52,250 bases of DNA from Phoronis australis (taxonomy: Eukaryota; Animalia; Phoronida). The first letter of the stretch is position 1. Each line of letters begins with the position of its first letter. Below, piece after piece: positions 49,960-52,250 of the stretch. The notes under the pieces were generated by a model. The model saw nothing but the letters and a program-made list of their open reading frames with translations, had not been told where the DNA came from and did not search any database. A program made the position numbers and the translations under genes. The stretch spans positions 1 to 52,250 of the forward strand of contig NMRA01000783.1 in NCBI GenBank assembly GCA_002633005.1, written 5' to 3'.

Positions 49960-50045
49960 TTACATAAGTTAGCCCCGCCTTTATGTACGAATGACTGACG
50001 TGACGTACAAATAATAGGCGGACCCAAAGACGACATTATAGGCGT
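49960..50045 (-). promoter_or_regulatory. Candidate proximal promoter of the SLC5 gene
   Basis: GC box (aggcggggc on minus, about 49972-49980) and tandem TGACG CRE-like half sites (tgacgtgacgta, about 49996-50007) within 100 bp of the ATG. No transcript evidence. Confidence 0.25.
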
Positions 50046-50890
50046 GTTTTCATGATGAAAAACGAATAGTATGTCTGTGTGTTATCCCAACTTTGTTTTG
50101 GAAATCGAAGTTGCAGGACGCATTTCACCCATTCACCCGGCAAAGTACGTCGTCGTAGAAACAATAACGCCTACACGACTTTGAGTTTGAAGCAGACAAG
50201 ATAACAAATTCAAATTTGACTTAAAAGGGCTACAATGGTTAACATATCGATGTCTAAAAGTATTTACACGTAATGACGATAGACACTTCGTCTTACACGT
50301 TCTGTACCATCGATAAAATTTGAACATTTTTTCAAGTTCTAAGCCGACTCACACCGCCTTGCAATAGGCACCGGGCACCATTTTAGATGGGATAGTTACG
50401 ACGCTTTAGGCCCACGGAATTGCCACTTTACTCTGGTGAGGGGTGCCCAATCGGATGCTATTAATCTGAATGATCAAAATCTTGTAAGTTGGTGATTTGG
50501 CAATTCTCAGAGTTTGGCGTGACTACTTTTCTTGGCTTGGGCGGAGTTATTATACTTTTTGCCTACTTGTTTCCACATCGGTGGTTTTCAGTTGAGCTCG
50601 ACCAGTTTTATGGGGTGAATATGACATAGCAGCGCACATTTCAACTTTACCTATTTTTCCGTTGTGAAAGTGCAGACAGCATCGTACTGGGGTATGTTAA
50701 TCGTGAAATTCCTGTCTGGGTCTGGGATCATGTTACAAATCAACCTTGCCAGGGTTCTAGAAACATTATTTGTATCTATTTTTTTCGTTACCGTCGTGGG
50801 AATTTGTCTTTATTATAAAAATACCCAATTCATTTTGAAACATCAACTATGACTCAGAAATGGTAAAGTTACAAGTTGTGCTAGTCCTCT

Positions 50891-51029
50891 AGTGGCGGAT
50901 CAATGATGTCTGCGACCCTCGCTCAAAATTAGCCGTAATATCATCAATGCCAATTTAATTCCCTGAGATTTTCTATTTATTTTTGTCAGGGGCCAAGGGG
51001 CGGTCACCCCCTCCTTAAATTCGACACTG
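50891..51029. mobile_element. Degenerate MITE of the (c)agtggcggatc family
   Basis: agtggcggatc ... aattcgacact ends; same TIR family as the gatccgccactg end at 4613. Confidence 0.4.
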
Positions 51030-52250
51030 ACTCTGACTCAAAAACAATGAATCTTCTACCAGTGGCCTGAGGGGAATTTTACGTAGCCTCAGTACAGTGC
51101 CCTCTACATTGTTTTGGTACTTTCCACGTGCAATAACGTGAAGATGGATTGTCCATTTTGACAACTGACAGTTGTTGTACTTCAACTTGAGTTAAAAATT
51201 CATCTGCTCAAAAATTTTAATAACTAATTAACCCACGCCAAAGTTTTTTCTGGAATAAAACTATATGAAAGGGTGATTTTTTGTGAAACTACCGGCTACG
51301 AATGGCTTCCTTTGCAAATCCGTCCAGTACCACGTGACCTCTTGTCAAAACACTAGTCGATTATTGAAACCCCCCTCTGAATGTAAGTACATCTGCTCCT
51401 AGAAAACAATAGTCGTTCAGTTCGGAAAACTGGATTTTAAGTTTGCCGTAAGCCATCACTGAACTTGATTTTTCATGAGTCAATACAATTCATCAAGTTT
51501 CCATTGTAGTAAACGCTATGATAGTGCGGGACAAAGCTTCAAAAAGTGGAACTGTTCTGCCAAAAGCGGGATGGTTGACAAACATGAACTGGTCTTTCCC
51601 TACAAGGGTTATTTTCACGCTACCAGAGTTTCGACACATTAGAAGTCTTGGTGATCTCAAGTCGTACACCACGGCCTTGTAACGTCAAAAATACAAAACA
51701 AACCATTTTGCATAAGGAGGAGATTGCAGACGAGAAACTTTCATAAATTTTGGGTGGATAAAATTGGGCCGAGAAACGTCTGTCCGCTTTTAATGCATGT
51801 TTGACCGATTTATTGTCTTTTCACGGCCTATTTACTGTTTTATTACAAGTCAAGGTATTTAGTGTCGTACTTTATCAAGTAGTAAAATCACGGTGCATTC
51901 CATAAATTCGAATTTTAAGTGAATAAATCATAGTTCATTCTGTTAATTCCATTTTCAGTATTCAAAACGAAATTGGAAAGTCCAAATTTATCAACATGCA
52001 ACATGCTGCCTGTTTGTACTCAAATATACTGAGGCACTGTTTCTGATGGGCCGAACCACGGCACACTTTTTTACTTGTAAAATAAGCCTCACAATAACTC
52101 ACAACGGTACTGAGTCCAGTAAAATTAACATTAAAATACTTGAAGTCGGTTACTATAAAGCATTAGACCAACTAGCCTTCACTACTTGTTAAATCGTAGG
52201 GCCTACAGTGACGATAGTGGAGCCAACGTTACTGTGCATCTGAAAATCAC

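Noticed and set aside
51280-51700. Fairly open minus-strand frame upstream of the SLC5 start
   Set aside because: Contains several stops and no family motif I can name.

Overview
AT-rich eukaryotic (animal, probably marine invertebrate) scaffold with three N gaps (983-1440, 34263-34979, 47352-48143). There is no sign of prokaryotic genes, CRISPR, rRNA or tRNA. The main host feature is the 5' part of a minus-strand SLC5A8/SMCT-like sodium:solute symporter: four coding exons at 49561-49905, 29880-29945, 26367-26486 and 16311-16465, all with GT-AG introns and compatible phases. Its later exons were not found in the window. Three further minus-strand exons (4045-4156, 3788-3908, 3403-3439) encode the Cys-motif, transmembrane and tail end of a VWDE-like type I membrane protein with no visible upstream exons. 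The rest is intronic transposon debris: decayed L1/Tx1-like and CR1/L2-like LINE pieces, at least six THAP-domain remnants, ISL2EU-like elements with AT target duplications and their MITEs, a possible KolobokP-type remnant, other MITEs, microsatellites and an inverted pair of 21-bp minisatellite arrays. The most striking unexplained signal is about 30 copies of TACATGTA. Several read as 6-bp insertions at TA inside old LINE coding sequence, the pattern expected of Tc1/mariner-type excision footprints. All family assignments are by-eye motif recognition, not database searches.
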